From: an uncultured delta proteobacterium
Lineage (GTDB): Bacteria > Desulfobacterota > Desulfomonilia > UBA1062
Assembly (NCBI GenBank): GCA_963785235.1
Contig: CAWAUM010000011.1
Coordinates: 1 to 64,000, forward strand
Direction of reading: 5' to 3'
DNA: 64,000 nt
Below are positions 13,249 through 23,185 of the stretch, piece by piece. Below the pieces are notes generated by a model that ran no database searches, was not told where the DNA came from, and saw only the letters and a list, made by a program, of their open reading frames with translations. A program made the position numbers and the translations under genes. The stretch's first letter is position 1; each line of letters starts with the position of its first letter.

Positions 13249-15071
13249 CTAGACGGCGAATGCCTCGTCAGGGATACGGATGCAGCTGATCTCGTCCTTG
13301 GTGAGGTTCTCGCACTTGGCAGGGACCAGTCCCGTGATCCTGTTGATGTAGAACTTCGCGCCTTCTACCTTGCCGGTGTAGAACATCTTTTCCTTCTCGA
13401 TGGGGTTTGCTGCCAGCTTCTCGGTAGCAACGTTGGCCATCCAGATGTGGAACCAGCCGCACAGGGCCTCGGCCAGGCAGTTGAGGAAGTCGCATGCAGC
13501 GACGAGCGGGATGAACGGGTTGCTTCTGATGAGCTGGCTGAACTGCATGGCGGTTCCGGCGCATGCATTCAGTGCCTTCTCAACGATCTCGGCCTCGGCC
13601 TTCAGGTTGTCGTTTGCCTTGGCCTTGGCGACCTCGGCCTGGGTTTCGCCCAAGAAGGTTCATGAAGTACAGGCCCTTCTTCATGCCAAGCTTCCTGCCC
13701 AAGAGGTCGAGTGCCTGGATGCCGTTGGTGCCTTCGTAGATGGTATTGATCTTGTTGTCGCGGAGCATCTGCTCAACCGGATACTCTCGGCAGAAGCCGT
13801 AACCGCCGTAGGTCTGGACCGCCAGGTTGGTGACCACATCGCCCATGTCGGTGCAGTAGGACTTCACGATGGGGGTGAACATCTCGATCATGCCCTGCCA
13901 TTTGTCCTTCTCGGCATCGTCGGTTGCGATGGCCAGCCTGTCCATGGCGTAGTAGCAGTACAGGGCCAGGATCTTGATGGCCTCGGTGATGGACTTCATC
14001 TTGAGCAGCATCCTGCGGATGTCCGGGTGCTGGATGATGGGGCACTGTTTAGCGTTGGGGTCTTTCATCTGCATGATGTTCACGCCCTGCATACGTTCCT
14101 TCGCATAAGCAAGGGCATGGAGGTATGCCGTTGTTGAAAGGGCTACACCCATGGTGCCCACGCCCTGGCGCTCTTCGTTCATCATCTGGAACATGATCGG
14201 CATGCCCTGGCGCTCCTCGCCCATGAGGTAGCCGATGCACTTGCCGTTCTCTCCGAAGTTGAGCGTACAGGTTGCGTTGCCGTGGATGCCCATCTTGCTC
14301 TCGATGCCGCCGCAGTTCATGTCATTGGGTGCACCCAGTGAACCATCCGGGTTGATCATGACCTTTGGGACCATGAAGATGGAGATGCCCTTGGTTCCTG
14401 CCGGATCGCCCTCGATCCTGGCAAGTACCGGGTGGATGATGTTCGGGGTCAGGTCATGGTCGCCTGCGGAGATGAAGCACTTGGTTCCTGTGATGGAGAA
14501 TGTCCCATCAGGATTTCTCTTGGCTGTTGACTTCAGGGCTCCGACGTCGGAGCCTGCGCCTGGCTCGGTGAGGCACATGGTGCCGGCCCACTCGCCGTGA
14601 ACATTTTCTCAAGGAGGATGTCTCTCAAGGGATGCTGGAAGTGATCCTCCATAAGTCTGGCTGCGCCATGGGTAAGGCCGGGATACATAAGGAATGCCTG
14701 GTTGCCTGCAAGGAACATCTGGGCACAGCAGCAGCGATGGTGGCAGGGAATCCCTGACCGCCGACCTCGGGGCTGTCGGATACGCTCATCCACCCGCCTT
14801 CGCAGTAGAGCTTGTACAACTTGTGGTATGACTCGGGGGCATATACCTTGCCGTCCTTGAAGACCGCCTCAACCGGCTTCCTCTGGACTTCGTCGGGATA
14901 CGTGGGTGCGATATCATTCTCGGTGAATTTTGCAGCCTGCTCGAGGACCATGTTCACCATATCGGCGTCGTGGTCTGCAAATTTACCTTTGCCAAGGATG
15001 TCCTTGCCAATCTCTAAGACCTCGTGCAGTATGAATTTGAGATCCCTCTCGTCTACCCATTGACTTGCCAT
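13249..15071 (-). CDS. acyl-CoA dehydrogenase, long ~600-aa type (frameshifted)
   Basis: MCLTEPGAGSDVG, GTKCFIS, KMGIHG..TC, GGYGF.REYPVEQ..RD and IYEGTNGIQALDL motifs; AAGGAGG RBS. Confidence 0.93.
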
Positions 15072-15119
15072 AATTACCCTCCTTACAGGATTATCTTGAT
15101 TTTCTTTATCGTCTTGCCA

Positions 15120-15137
15120 TGAATGAGCATTCATTCT
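15120..15137. promoter_or_regulatory. palindromic operator TGAATGA-GCAT-TCATTCT (FadR/YsiA TetR-like)
   Basis: 18-bp near-palindrome abutting the -10 of the acyl-CoA dehydrogenase promoter. Confidence 0.6.
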
Positions 15138-15164
15138 TATATCCTTTCTCTGAAATCATGTCAA
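15136..15164 (-). promoter_or_regulatory. sigma70 promoter of the acyl-CoA dehydrogenase
   Basis: TTGACA-17 nt-TATAAG on the minus strand. Confidence 0.6.
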
Positions 15165-15303
15165 CAGATCTTCTCATATGTATACCATCATTTAAGAACC
15201 CCTGACCTGCGTGCTTCCAATAAAATGTTGTTCTTGTAAACTGTTTTATGTCATAATTTCTCAACGGAATTACATGAAATGGAATAAGGGAGGAAATAGA
15301 CGT

Positions 15304-16140
15304 ATGAAGACTGAAAACGGGTCATTTACGGCTCAAGACGGTACATCCATATATTGGAAGGCATGGCTTCCGGAAGGCCCCCCCAAGGCAGTCGTGCATC
15401 TCATCCATGGCTATGCGGAGCACATCGAACGATACGGTAACGTCGTGAACGAGCTGGTTCCGGCAGGGTACGCCGTCTTCGGCAATGACCATCGGGGTCA
15501 CGGCAAAAGCCAGGGCAGGCGAGGCCATGTGAAGAGCTTTCAGGAATTCATTGATGATGAGAGGCAGTTTTCACTTGAGGTCATCAAGGCTCAGTTTCCC
15601 AATACCCCATATTTTGTGCTCGGCCATTCCATGGGGAGCCTCATCGCTCTCAACTATGCGGAGCAGAACCCTGACTCCCTGAAGGCGCTCGTGCTCTCCG
15701 GTACAGGGTCACAACCCGGAACGGATATCCCGAAGATCCTCATTGCCCTCACTAAGGTACTGTCCAAGATTCTGCCTGCAATACATGTGAAGTCACCACT
15801 GCCCCCTGAATTCATATCCAGAGACGCTGAGGTAGTGAAGGCATATGTGGATGATCCCCTGGTCTACAATGTCATAACCCCGAGGCTCGCCCATGAGATG
15901 AACAGGTACGTGGTAATCGGCGCTCAAAATGCCTTTAAAATAAAGATGCCGGTGCTTATCCAGCTCGGATCACAGGACACGGCCTTCTCCGGTCAGAAGG
16001 AACTTTTCGACATGATCGGGGCCACGGACAAGACATTCAAGCGCTATGAAGGGCTCAGGCACGAGGTCTACAACGAACTGGCCGCAGACAGGGCAAAAGT
16101 GCTGGCCGATCTGAGGATCTGGCTGGACAGCCATATATAG
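15304..16140 (+). CDS. alpha/beta hydrolase (lysophospholipase / monoacylglycerol lipase family)
   Basis: HGYAEH..RY, DHRGHG.S, GHSMG nucleophile elbow and HEVYNE. Confidence 0.9.
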   Translation: MKTENGSFTAQDGTSIYWKAWLPEGPPKAVVHLIHGYAEHIERYGNVVNELVPAGYAVFGNDHRGHGKSQGRRGHVKSFQEFIDDERQFSLEVIKAQFPNTPYFVLGHSMGSLIALNYAEQNPDSLKALVLSGTGSQPGTDIPKILIALTKVLSKILPAIHVKSPLPPEFISRDAEVVKAYVDDPLVYNVITPRLAHEMNRYVVIGAQNAFKIKMPVLIQLGSQDTAFSGQKELFDMIGATDKTFKRYEGLRHEVYNELAADRAKVLADLRIWLDSHI

Positions 16141-16147
16141 ATATAGC

Positions 16148-16182
16148 AAAAGGCCCTTTCCTTGAGAACGGAAAGGGCCTTT
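16148..16182. terminator. bidirectional intrinsic terminator
   Basis: AAAGGCCCTTTCC-TTGAGAAC-GGAAAGGGCCTTT between the convergent hydrolase and ahcY. Confidence 0.85.
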
Positions 16183-16207
16183 CCTTACGATAAATAAAAG
16201 CCGGACA

Positions 16208-17657
16208 TCAATATCTATAGTGATCCGACTTGAACGGCCCGTCAACTCCCACACCAATATACTCGGCCTGTTCCTTGGTGAGTCGGGTGAGTTTTACCCC
16301 AAGTTTGTCGAGGTGAAGTCTGGCAACCTCTTCGTCAAGGAGCTTCGGCAGGGTTTTCACGCTGAGCTCCCTCGGGTTTGCCCACAGGTCCATCTGGGCC
16401 AGCACCTGGTTGGTAAAGGAGTTGGACATAACGAAGGAAGGATGTCCTGTTGCACAGCCAAGGTTCACGAGACGTCCTTCTGCAAGCAGATAGATGCAGT
16501 GGCCATCAGGGAAGGTATACTTGTCCACCTGCGGCTTGATGTTGAGCCTCTTGATGCCGGGGAATTTCTCGAGTTTGTCTACCTCTATCTCATCGTCAAA
16601 ATGGCCGATGTTGCACACAATGGCCTGGTCGAGCATTTTTTCCATGTGCTCTATCCGCAGATATCTTGCAGTTGCCAGTGGCCGTGACAAAGATATTCGC
16701 CTCAGCCAGTGCGTCTTCCACCGTTGCCACCTCAAATCCTTCCATGGCGGCCTGCAGGGCGCAGATGGGGTCGATCTCAGTGACGATCACCCGGGCGCCG
16801 AATCCGCGCATGGACTGGGCGCAGCCCTTGCCCACGTCGCCATACCCGCACACGCACACCACCTTGCCCGCCACCATGACATCCGTGGCACGTTTGATGC
16901 CGTCGGCCAGCGATTCGCGGCATCCATAGAGGTTGTCGAACTTGCTCTTGGTTACCGAGTCGTTAACATTGATGGCCGGGAAGAGAAGTGTCTTGTTTTC
17001 CAGCATCTGATAGAGCCTGTGCACGCCGGTGGTGGTCTCCTCGGACACGCCCCTTATCTCTTTGGCGGCGCGGTGCCAGAAGGTCGGGTCATCTTTGAGC
17101 CTGCGCTTGAGTGTGGCATTGATAATGGCGAGTTCCTTGTTGTCCGTGGGCTGATCCAGGATAGAGGCGTTCTCCTCGGCCAGGTACCCCCGGTGCACCA
17201 TGAGGGTGGCGTCTCCGCCGTCGTCCACGATAAGGTTCGGGCCCTTGCCGCCCGGGAAGGTCAGGGCCTCCAGGGTGCAGGCCCAGTATTCTTCAAGGCT
17301 CTCCCCCTTCCAGGCGTATACGGGGATTCCACATGAGGCTATGGCCGCTGCGGCATGGTCCTGGGTGGAGAAGATGTTGCATGATGCCCATCTGACATCT
17401 GCACCGAGCTGCTGGAGAGTCTCTATGAGCACGGCCGTCTGGATGGTCATGTGCAAGGAGCCGCAGATACGTGCCCCCTTCAGGGGCTGCCCCGGGGCAT
17501 ATTTTTTTCTCAATGACATCAGGCCCGGCATCTCGTGCTCTGCGATCACGATCTCCTTCCTGCCAAAGTCAGATTGCGAAATATCAGCCACCTTGCAGCT
17601 CATGCCGCAGTAATCCGGCAGGCTGATCGGTTCCGGCTTTATCACCTTTTCACCCAT
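16208..17657 (-). CDS. ahcY: adenosylhomocysteinase (frameshift ~16.65 kb)
   Basis: [57 protein letters not shown] and C-terminal HYRY. Confidence 0.96.
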
Positions 17658-18826
17658 TACTTACCCGCCTTTTCTTTGATTTTTGCTACCATGTCGGTCT
17701 TTTCCCAGGTAAATTCAGGTTCGTTCCTGCCGAAGTGTCCGTAGGCAGCGGTCTTCTTATAGATGGGACGCAGAAGGTCGAGATGGTTGATGATAGCCTT
17801 GGGCTTGAGGGGGAAGATCTCCCTGACAAGTTTGCTAAGCTTTTCATCCGAGATTTTGCCCGTACCCGATGTGTCGATCATTACGGATACGGGATCCGCT
17901 ACGCCGATGGCATAAGCCAGCTGAACCACGCATCTTTTCGCAAGCCCTGCTGCAACGATATTCTTTGCAATGTAACGTGCCATATATGCTGCGGAACGGT
18001 CGACCTTGGATGGGTCTTTGCCGGAGAATGCCCCGCCGCCATGGCTCGCGAATCCGCCATAGGTATCTACGATTATTTTGCGACCCGTGAGTCCTGTGTC
18101 GGCATGAGGACCGCCCAGGACGAAGCGGCCAGTGGCGTTGATGTAGTACTTGGTATTTTTATCCATCAGGGATGCAGGGATCTGCTTTTTAATGACCTCT
18201 TCCATGATGCCGCCGCGGACGTCTTCATAGCTCGCATCCTCGTCATGCTGGGCAGCTATGACGACACTGTCGATCCGTGTGGGCTTGCCGTTCTCATACT
18301 GCACCGATACCTGGGATTTTCCATCAGGCCTTAAGAATTCCAGCACACCATTCTTCCTGGTATCGGCCAGTCCTTTGGTCAGCAGGTGGGCATAATGGAT
18401 GGGGGCAGGCATGAGCACATCGGTATCATCGCAGGCAAAACCGAACATCATGCCCTGATCTCCGGCACCCTGCTCCTTGAAGAGCCCGTCGCCCTCGGCG
18501 ACGCCCTGGTTGATGTCAGGGGATTGCTTGTCAAGGGTTACGAGTACGCCGCAGGTGTTCCAGCTGAAGCCCATGACGGCCTCGGTATAGCCGATTTCCT
18601 TAACGGTCTGCCGCGCTACGCGCTGCACATCCACATAGTGCGTGGTGGTAATCTCTCCGGACACTATCACAAGGCCGGTGGTCACCAAGGTTTCGCATGC
18701 CACATGGGCCTGTTTGTCATTGGCAAGGATCTCATCCAAGATGGCATCAGAGATGTTGTCTGCAACCTTGTCGGGATGTCCTTCTGTTACTGATTCGGAT
18801 GAGAATAAGAAGTTTCTGTCACCCAT
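17657..18826 (-). CDS. metK: S-adenosylmethionine synthetase
   Basis: [17 protein letters not shown] and [19 protein letters not shown] signatures. Confidence 0.97.
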   Translation of the reverse strand: MGDRNFLFSSESVTEGHPDKVADNISDAILDEILANDKQAHVACETLVTTGLVIVSGEITTTHYVDVQRVARQTVKEIGYTEAVMGFSWNTCGVLVTLDKQSPDINQGVAEGDGLFKEQGAGDQGMMFGFACDDTDVLMPAPIHYAHLLTKGLADTRKNGVLEFLRPDGKSQVSVQYENGKPTRIDSVVIAAQHDEDASYEDVRGGIMEEVIKKQIPASLMDKNTKYYINATGRFVLGGPHADTGLTGRKIIVDTYGGFASHGGGAFSGKDPSKVDRSAAYMARYIAKNIVAAGLAKRCVVQLAYAIGVADPVSVMIDTSGTGKISDEKLSKLVREIFPLKPKAIINHLDLLRPIYKKTAAYGHFGRNEPEFTWEKTDMVAKIKEKAGK

Positions 18827-18948
18827 TTTAATAATCCTCCTGTTTCCTTTAAGTATTCGCGTCATGGTAAGACGACTTTTGCGAATTGTAATCCGCGTGT
18901 TCTCCTTCTTAAGAAGCCATGGTCTTGGGCAGATAAATCCTTTTCCTG

Positions 18949-20340
18949 TTAACCCTTCCTCGTCAGTCCGAGGTATGCGGCAATCTCTGATGCGCTTCCC
19001 TTAAGCGTCACCGGTGTGTTTTTCAGCTCCTCTTTTGTCGTGATCTCGTATTCGGGGCCGAAGGCATCATCAAAATACAGCTGCTGGAACGAGGCGAACT
19101 TGAGCTGGTGTGAAGTGGAGTCCACTACAAACCTGCCTGTAGAAGGTATCAGTTTATCGTGGAGGGCCTTCTTAAGTCCTGCAACAGACTCACCGCCCTG
19201 GGTGCAGACTACGTGTCCATGCCTGTTGGTGGTCAGCATGCCTTCCATGATTTCGTTTTCGGTGACCGAGATAACAAAGAATCTGTCATTGAAATGTTTC
19301 TCAACAAGCTGAGAGACCTTGGGGAATGACACTGGGTCCCCGATCATGGCGGCCTGGGCCACTGATGGGGTTACCTTCAAGGGAGCGAATTGGCCGGTGG
19401 CCCGCCAGCGGGCTACCGGGTCGGCATGATGGCTCTGTACACCAAGGATTGTGGGCAGCTCCGAGATGATGCCGAGTTCATGGAGGTCTGCAAAACCCTC
19501 CATGACAGCAGTGATGTTGCCTGCATTCCCGATGGGGACAACAACGGTTAGGCCAGCCGTGTTCCAATCAAGCTGCTGGGCGATCTCATAGGCATAGGTC
19601 TTCTGCCCAAGAATCCGTGCCGGATTCTTTGAGTTCAGAAGAAATACATTATACTCCTGGGCAAGTTCCTCCACCACGCGCATGCAGTCGTCGAATACGC
19701 CCGGCATCTCGATCACCTGTGCCCCGGAACCGAGCGGCTGGGACAACTGTTGCCAGGTTACCTTGCCCTTGGGCAGAAGTACTACAGCCCTTACCTTGGA
19801 TTTGGGAAGATAGCTCAGATATAAAGCGGCAGCAGCTGAGGTGTCACCGGTAGAGGCGCAGATTCCGAGCACGTCCTTAAGGTTTTTAACCCTGATGATA
19901 TGATTGAGGAAGGATATGGCCGACGCCATGCCCCTGTCTTTGAAGCTGGCCGATGGATTCAGCCCGTCATTCTTCACATAAAATGGCGCGCCTACCCAGT
20001 CGCTCAGCTCAGGATTCGCTCTAACTATGGGGGTCTGGCCTTCTCCCAGATAGATGATATCCAGCAGGGGTATGATGGGCAGGATCAGCTCATGGAAGCG
20101 GAAGACACCCTGGATCTCCAGGGTATTGCTGCTTCTTCGTTCATCGAAGATCTTCTTCCAGGTCTCTGGCGGCGTTGCCTTTAAGCTGTTGAAGGCAGTG
20201 TTCTCGATCCTCAGGAGTGACTTGCAGGAAGGGCAGGTGTAGATGAAGTCATAAATATCATAGCGCGCTCCGCACCCTATGCATGCATAGACCAGGTCCC
20301 CCTTTGTCTCAGGCATGTATGGTTCGGGTATTTCCTGCAT
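18949..20340 (-). CDS. thrC: threonine synthase
   Basis: [18 protein letters not shown] (PLP Lys), [10 protein letters not shown] and VPIGNAGNI. Confidence 0.9.
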   Translation of the reverse strand: MQEIPEPYMPETKGDLVYACIGCGARYDIYDFIYTCPSCKSLLRIENTAFNSLKATPPETWKKIFDERRSSNTLEIQGVFRFHELILPIIPLLDIIYLGEGQTPIVRANPELSDWVGAPFYVKNDGLNPSASFKDRGMASAISFLNHIIRVKNLKDVLGICASTGDTSAAAALYLSYLPKSKVRAVVLLPKGKVTWQQLSQPLGSGAQVIEMPGVFDDCMRVVEELAQEYNVFLLNSKNPARILGQKTYAYEIAQQLDWNTAGLTVVVPIGNAGNITAVMEGFADLHELGIISELPTILGVQSHHADPVARWRATGQFAPLKVTPSVAQAAMIGDPVSFPKVSQLVEKHFNDRFFVISVTENEIMEGMLTTNRHGHVVCTQGGESVAGLKKALHDKLIPSTGRFVVDSTSHQLKFASFQQLYFDDAFGPEYEITTKEELKNTPVTLKGSASEIAAYLGLTRKG

Positions 20341-20593
20341 CAATTCCTCTTAAGTCTTTTTGTATCATCTTCGTATTATTCATATCGCAGTAAAACTCAA
20401 GCACATTGTTCCCGTGCAAACCCATACCTCTTCATGCACTATCACCCCGAGTGCATCTGTGAGGGTTGGGTACACAAGGAAACCCGTGCCGCCTTTAGCC
20501 TATGAAGGCCACACAGTGTATAATAGGCTATTGACTTTTTCAACACTTTATTGGCATCTTAGCGGCTTATTTCTTGAATCTGGGAGAGAATAC

Positions 20594-21484
20594 ATGGATG
20601 CCCTTAAAAATATTGATGTGCCATCAGGAAAGAAGTTGGCAAGCGGTAAGGTCAGGGAGATATTCGCAGCAGGCAACGAGCATCTTCTTATCGTCACCAC
20701 CGACCGGATCTCAGCCTTTGACGTGGTTCTGCCTGACCCCATCCCGGCAAAAGGTCATGTCTTAAATCAGCTTTCCCTGTTCTGGTTTGAAAAGGGATCG
20801 TCCATCATAAAGAACCACGTGGTAACCTTCGATGTAGACGCTTACCCGGAGCCGTTTAAGGGGGATCTGCGACTGTACGGCAGGTCCATGCTGGTAAAGA
20901 AAACCAGGCCACTGCCTGTAGAATGCATCGTTAGGGGATACATCTCCGGCTCGGGCTGGAAAGAGTACCTTAATCTCGGGTCCGTGTCCGGGATAAAGCT
21001 CCCTGCCACGCTGAAAGAGTCAGACCGTCTGCCTGAACCAATTTTCACACCGTCGACCAAGGCTGAAATAGGCCAGCACGATCTCAACATTGATATGAAG
21101 GCTGCCGGTGACCTCGTGGGGCAGGACCTTATAGAAAAGGTAAGGAGTGTTTCCCTTTCCATCTACTCCATGGCAGCTGCGCATGCATTGGAAAAAGGGA
21201 TCATCATAGCGGATACGAAATTCGAGTTTGGACTTATGGACGGCGAGCTTATCTGGATCGACGAGGCCCTCACGCCTGATTCTTCAAGGTTCTGGCCGTT
21301 GGATGCATATAAACCCGGTGGGGCACAGCCTAGTTTTGACAAGCAGTTCGTGCGTGACTACCTGGAGACGCTGGATTGGAACAAGACCGCGCCTGGGCCG
21401 AGCCTGCCCCAGGACATTATCCGGAAGACCTCTCAGAAGTATATTGCCGCCTATGAGCAGCTGACCGGGAAAGAATTTACATAA
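20594..21484 (+). CDS. purC: SAICAR synthetase
   Basis: GKVREIF, DRISAFD, ECIVRGY and [20 protein letters not shown]. Confidence 0.96.
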   Translation: MDALKNIDVPSGKKLASGKVREIFAAGNEHLLIVTTDRISAFDVVLPDPIPAKGHVLNQLSLFWFEKGSSIIKNHVVTFDVDAYPEPFKGDLRLYGRSMLVKKTRPLPVECIVRGYISGSGWKEYLNLGSVSGIKLPATLKESDRLPEPIFTPSTKAEIGQHDLNIDMKAAGDLVGQDLIEKVRSVSLSIYSMAAAHALEKGIIIADTKFEFGLMDGELIWIDEALTPDSSRFWPLDAYKPGGAQPSFDKQFVRDYLETLDWNKTAPGPSLPQDIIRKTSQKYIAAYEQLTGKEFT

Positions 21485-21515
21485 AAAACCACCGCCTTAA
21501 TAGGCGGCGGTTTTT
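21483..21515. terminator. bidirectional intrinsic terminator
   Basis: AAAAACCACCGCCT-loop-AGGCGGCGGTTTTT with U-tracts on both strands. Confidence 0.85.
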
Positions 21516-21695
21516 CAGGAAGGAGGATGCTATGTCTGAAGACGCTGGCGGTCTTACCTTTCTAAAGAGGAGATGCCGGGGGTACCGAACAACAGGTCTG
21601 CGCGGCTCACTTTTTTTAGTTTCATCATTTTAACCTTAATGGTTGATTAGCCCGCCTAGGGATCCGTTCCTTCGAATACCCCAGCTGTTCTCCCT
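21483..21695 (-). ncRNA. candidate structured small RNA (~210 nt)
   Basis: Bounded by a sigma28-like promoter and a terminator; long imperfect hairpin at 21569-21693; CCUCCUUCCU tract just before the terminator. Confidence 0.5.
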
Positions 21696-21702
21696 AAAAA
21701 AG

Positions 21703-21729
21703 TTATCGGCAATTATGTTAATCCCTTAA
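21703..21729 (-). promoter_or_regulatory. sigma28 (FliA)-type promoter
   Basis: TTAA-N15-GCCGATAA on the minus strand; the -10 element is a perfect consensus match. Confidence 0.6.
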
Positions 21730-21785
21730 GGTGGTTTCTTAAAAAAACTGCATGATCTTCAGGAAGGAGATCTCTCGATTCTCAT

Positions 21786-22469
21786 CTAACAGATCTTGTA
21801 ACCGCCTTGGGTAGTCAGGAGGTTGTTCACCCAGTTCCGGGCAGACTCCGATACTTCGCCGAAGGGTATCGGGTACCCGGCCATCAGGTCTGCCAAATGT
21901 TTCAATATGCGCGCAGTGGCGCCCCATACCACGCCACCCTCAATCTCGAGGAAGTAGATATTGATACCCTTACCCCGGAAAGTTGTCCTTTCCGCCATCC
22001 AGGACGATTCGCTCATGGCCTTTCTCAGGGGTGCCAGCAGGAGGATCTCGGATTCGCTGTTTATCCGGAAATCATATGGATATGGTATGGTTCCAACCAC
22101 AGGTGTTATGTGATACCCGACAATGGAGATATGGTCATCCAGCAGGCCCAGGATTTCCACATCGTCCCGGCTGAGCCCTATCTCTTCTTCGGCCTCCCGC
22201 AGTGCTGTCTGGATTAAATCCTTATCGTCCGACTCAGCCCTCCCACCCGGGAAGCAGATCTCGCCCTTGTGGTGTTCCACGTCCATGGAGCGCATGGTTA
22301 CAACCACCTGGGGTTCACCATCCTTCCAGCACAGGGGCAGTAGGACTGCAGACTCTTTGAGGTCTTTCCGGGGGATGATCCGCCTCTTGTGCTGCGACAA
22401 GATGGTTCGAATGTATTCTTTCAACCACGACTCATCACCGAGAAGCTCATTGATTACGGTACTGTGCAT
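21786..22469 (-). CDS. Nudix CoA pyrophosphatase (NudL/PCD1 family)
   Basis: SAVLLPL, H.GEICFPGG, Nudix box ALREAEEEIGL and VWGATA. Confidence 0.9.
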   Translation of the reverse strand: MHSTVINELLGDESWLKEYIRTILSQHKRRIIPRKDLKESAVLLPLCWKDGEPQVVVTMRSMDVEHHKGEICFPGGRAESDDKDLIQTALREAEEEIGLSRDDVEILGLLDDHISIVGYHITPVVGTIPYPYDFRINSESEILLLAPLRKAMSESSWMAERTTFRGKGINIYFLEIEGGVVWGATARILKHLADLMAGYPIPFGEVSESARNWVNNLLTTQGGYKIC

Positions 22470-22546
22470 GGGTGATTATATTACCACAAAAACCTTGCCA
22501 TGAACAGGCTTGACCATCAAAGGTCTTGCTGTATATGATACCATAC

Positions 22547-23134
22547 ATGAGAAACAAAGGTGCCATCAAGAACTACATTGTCCTTATCAGGGATCTGGTG
22601 AGCGATGTGGATTTGCTCCTGGATGACGATATTGAGCACGATACATCGCTCAGGTGGAAGGACCGCGCTGCAATCATCTTAGGGAAAATACTTGGCAGGG
22701 ATCATACCTATGTAAGGCAATTCGAGAAGATCGAGTTCAGCACGCCGTTCTTCGACGATTTTGATGAGTTCATGGAGGAAGACACCTTCCGGCTCGCGCT
22801 GGAGGATGCCAGATCATTCCTCATCTCGCTCATAGACGAACTCGAGAGCGAGCACAACTGCACACCCGGCCTCATGGACATGGAAAGCCTGTTCGCTGAA
22901 ATGAACCGATATGTCCTTGCGCGGGTGGGGGATCCGAAAACACGCTCAAGCCTCCACAACCGGATCACCAGACTACGAAACGGCATGATGTCGGGCGAGA
23001 TCTCGGGTGATGAGGTGCGGTATCATATGGAGCACATCGGATTCCTTGATTCCGGACTCTATGAGCGTATTGTACCGCTTGTGACATGGTATTACATTCA
23101 AGGGACAGGTTTTAAAGGGGCACACAACAACTAA
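22547..23134 (+). CDS. hypothetical acidic protein
   Basis: Intact 195-aa ORF filling the gap upstream of purH; no family recognised. Confidence 0.7.
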   Translation: MRNKGAIKNYIVLIRDLVSDVDLLLDDDIEHDTSLRWKDRAAIILGKILGRDHTYVRQFEKIEFSTPFFDDFDEFMEEDTFRLALEDARSFLISLIDELESEHNCTPGLMDMESLFAEMNRYVLARVGDPKTRSSLHNRITRLRNGMMSGEISGDEVRYHMEHIGFLDSGLYERIVPLVTWYYIQGTGFKGAHNN

Positions 23135-23185
23135 CCCGGATTACGCCTCCCTTTTACATTCATTATTCCAAGGAAAGGAGTTTAC

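Noticed and set aside
18827-18948. SAM riboswitch upstream of metK
   Set aside because: Only a small ATTCGC/GCGAAT hairpin (18855-18886); no SAM-I core elements are recognisable.
21569-21693. 6S RNA, SRP RNA or tmRNA
   Set aside because: Shorter than a typical 6S hairpin, no SRP GGAA-loop domain, and no tRNA-like ends or Ala-ending tag; kept as an unknown sRNA candidate.
22484-22501. sigma54 promoter (TGGCA...TTGT); a similar near-match lies at ~39094
   Set aside because: The invariant GC at -12 is missing.
23135-23185. ZTP riboswitch before purH
   Set aside because: The gap is only 51 bp and lacks the conserved motif.
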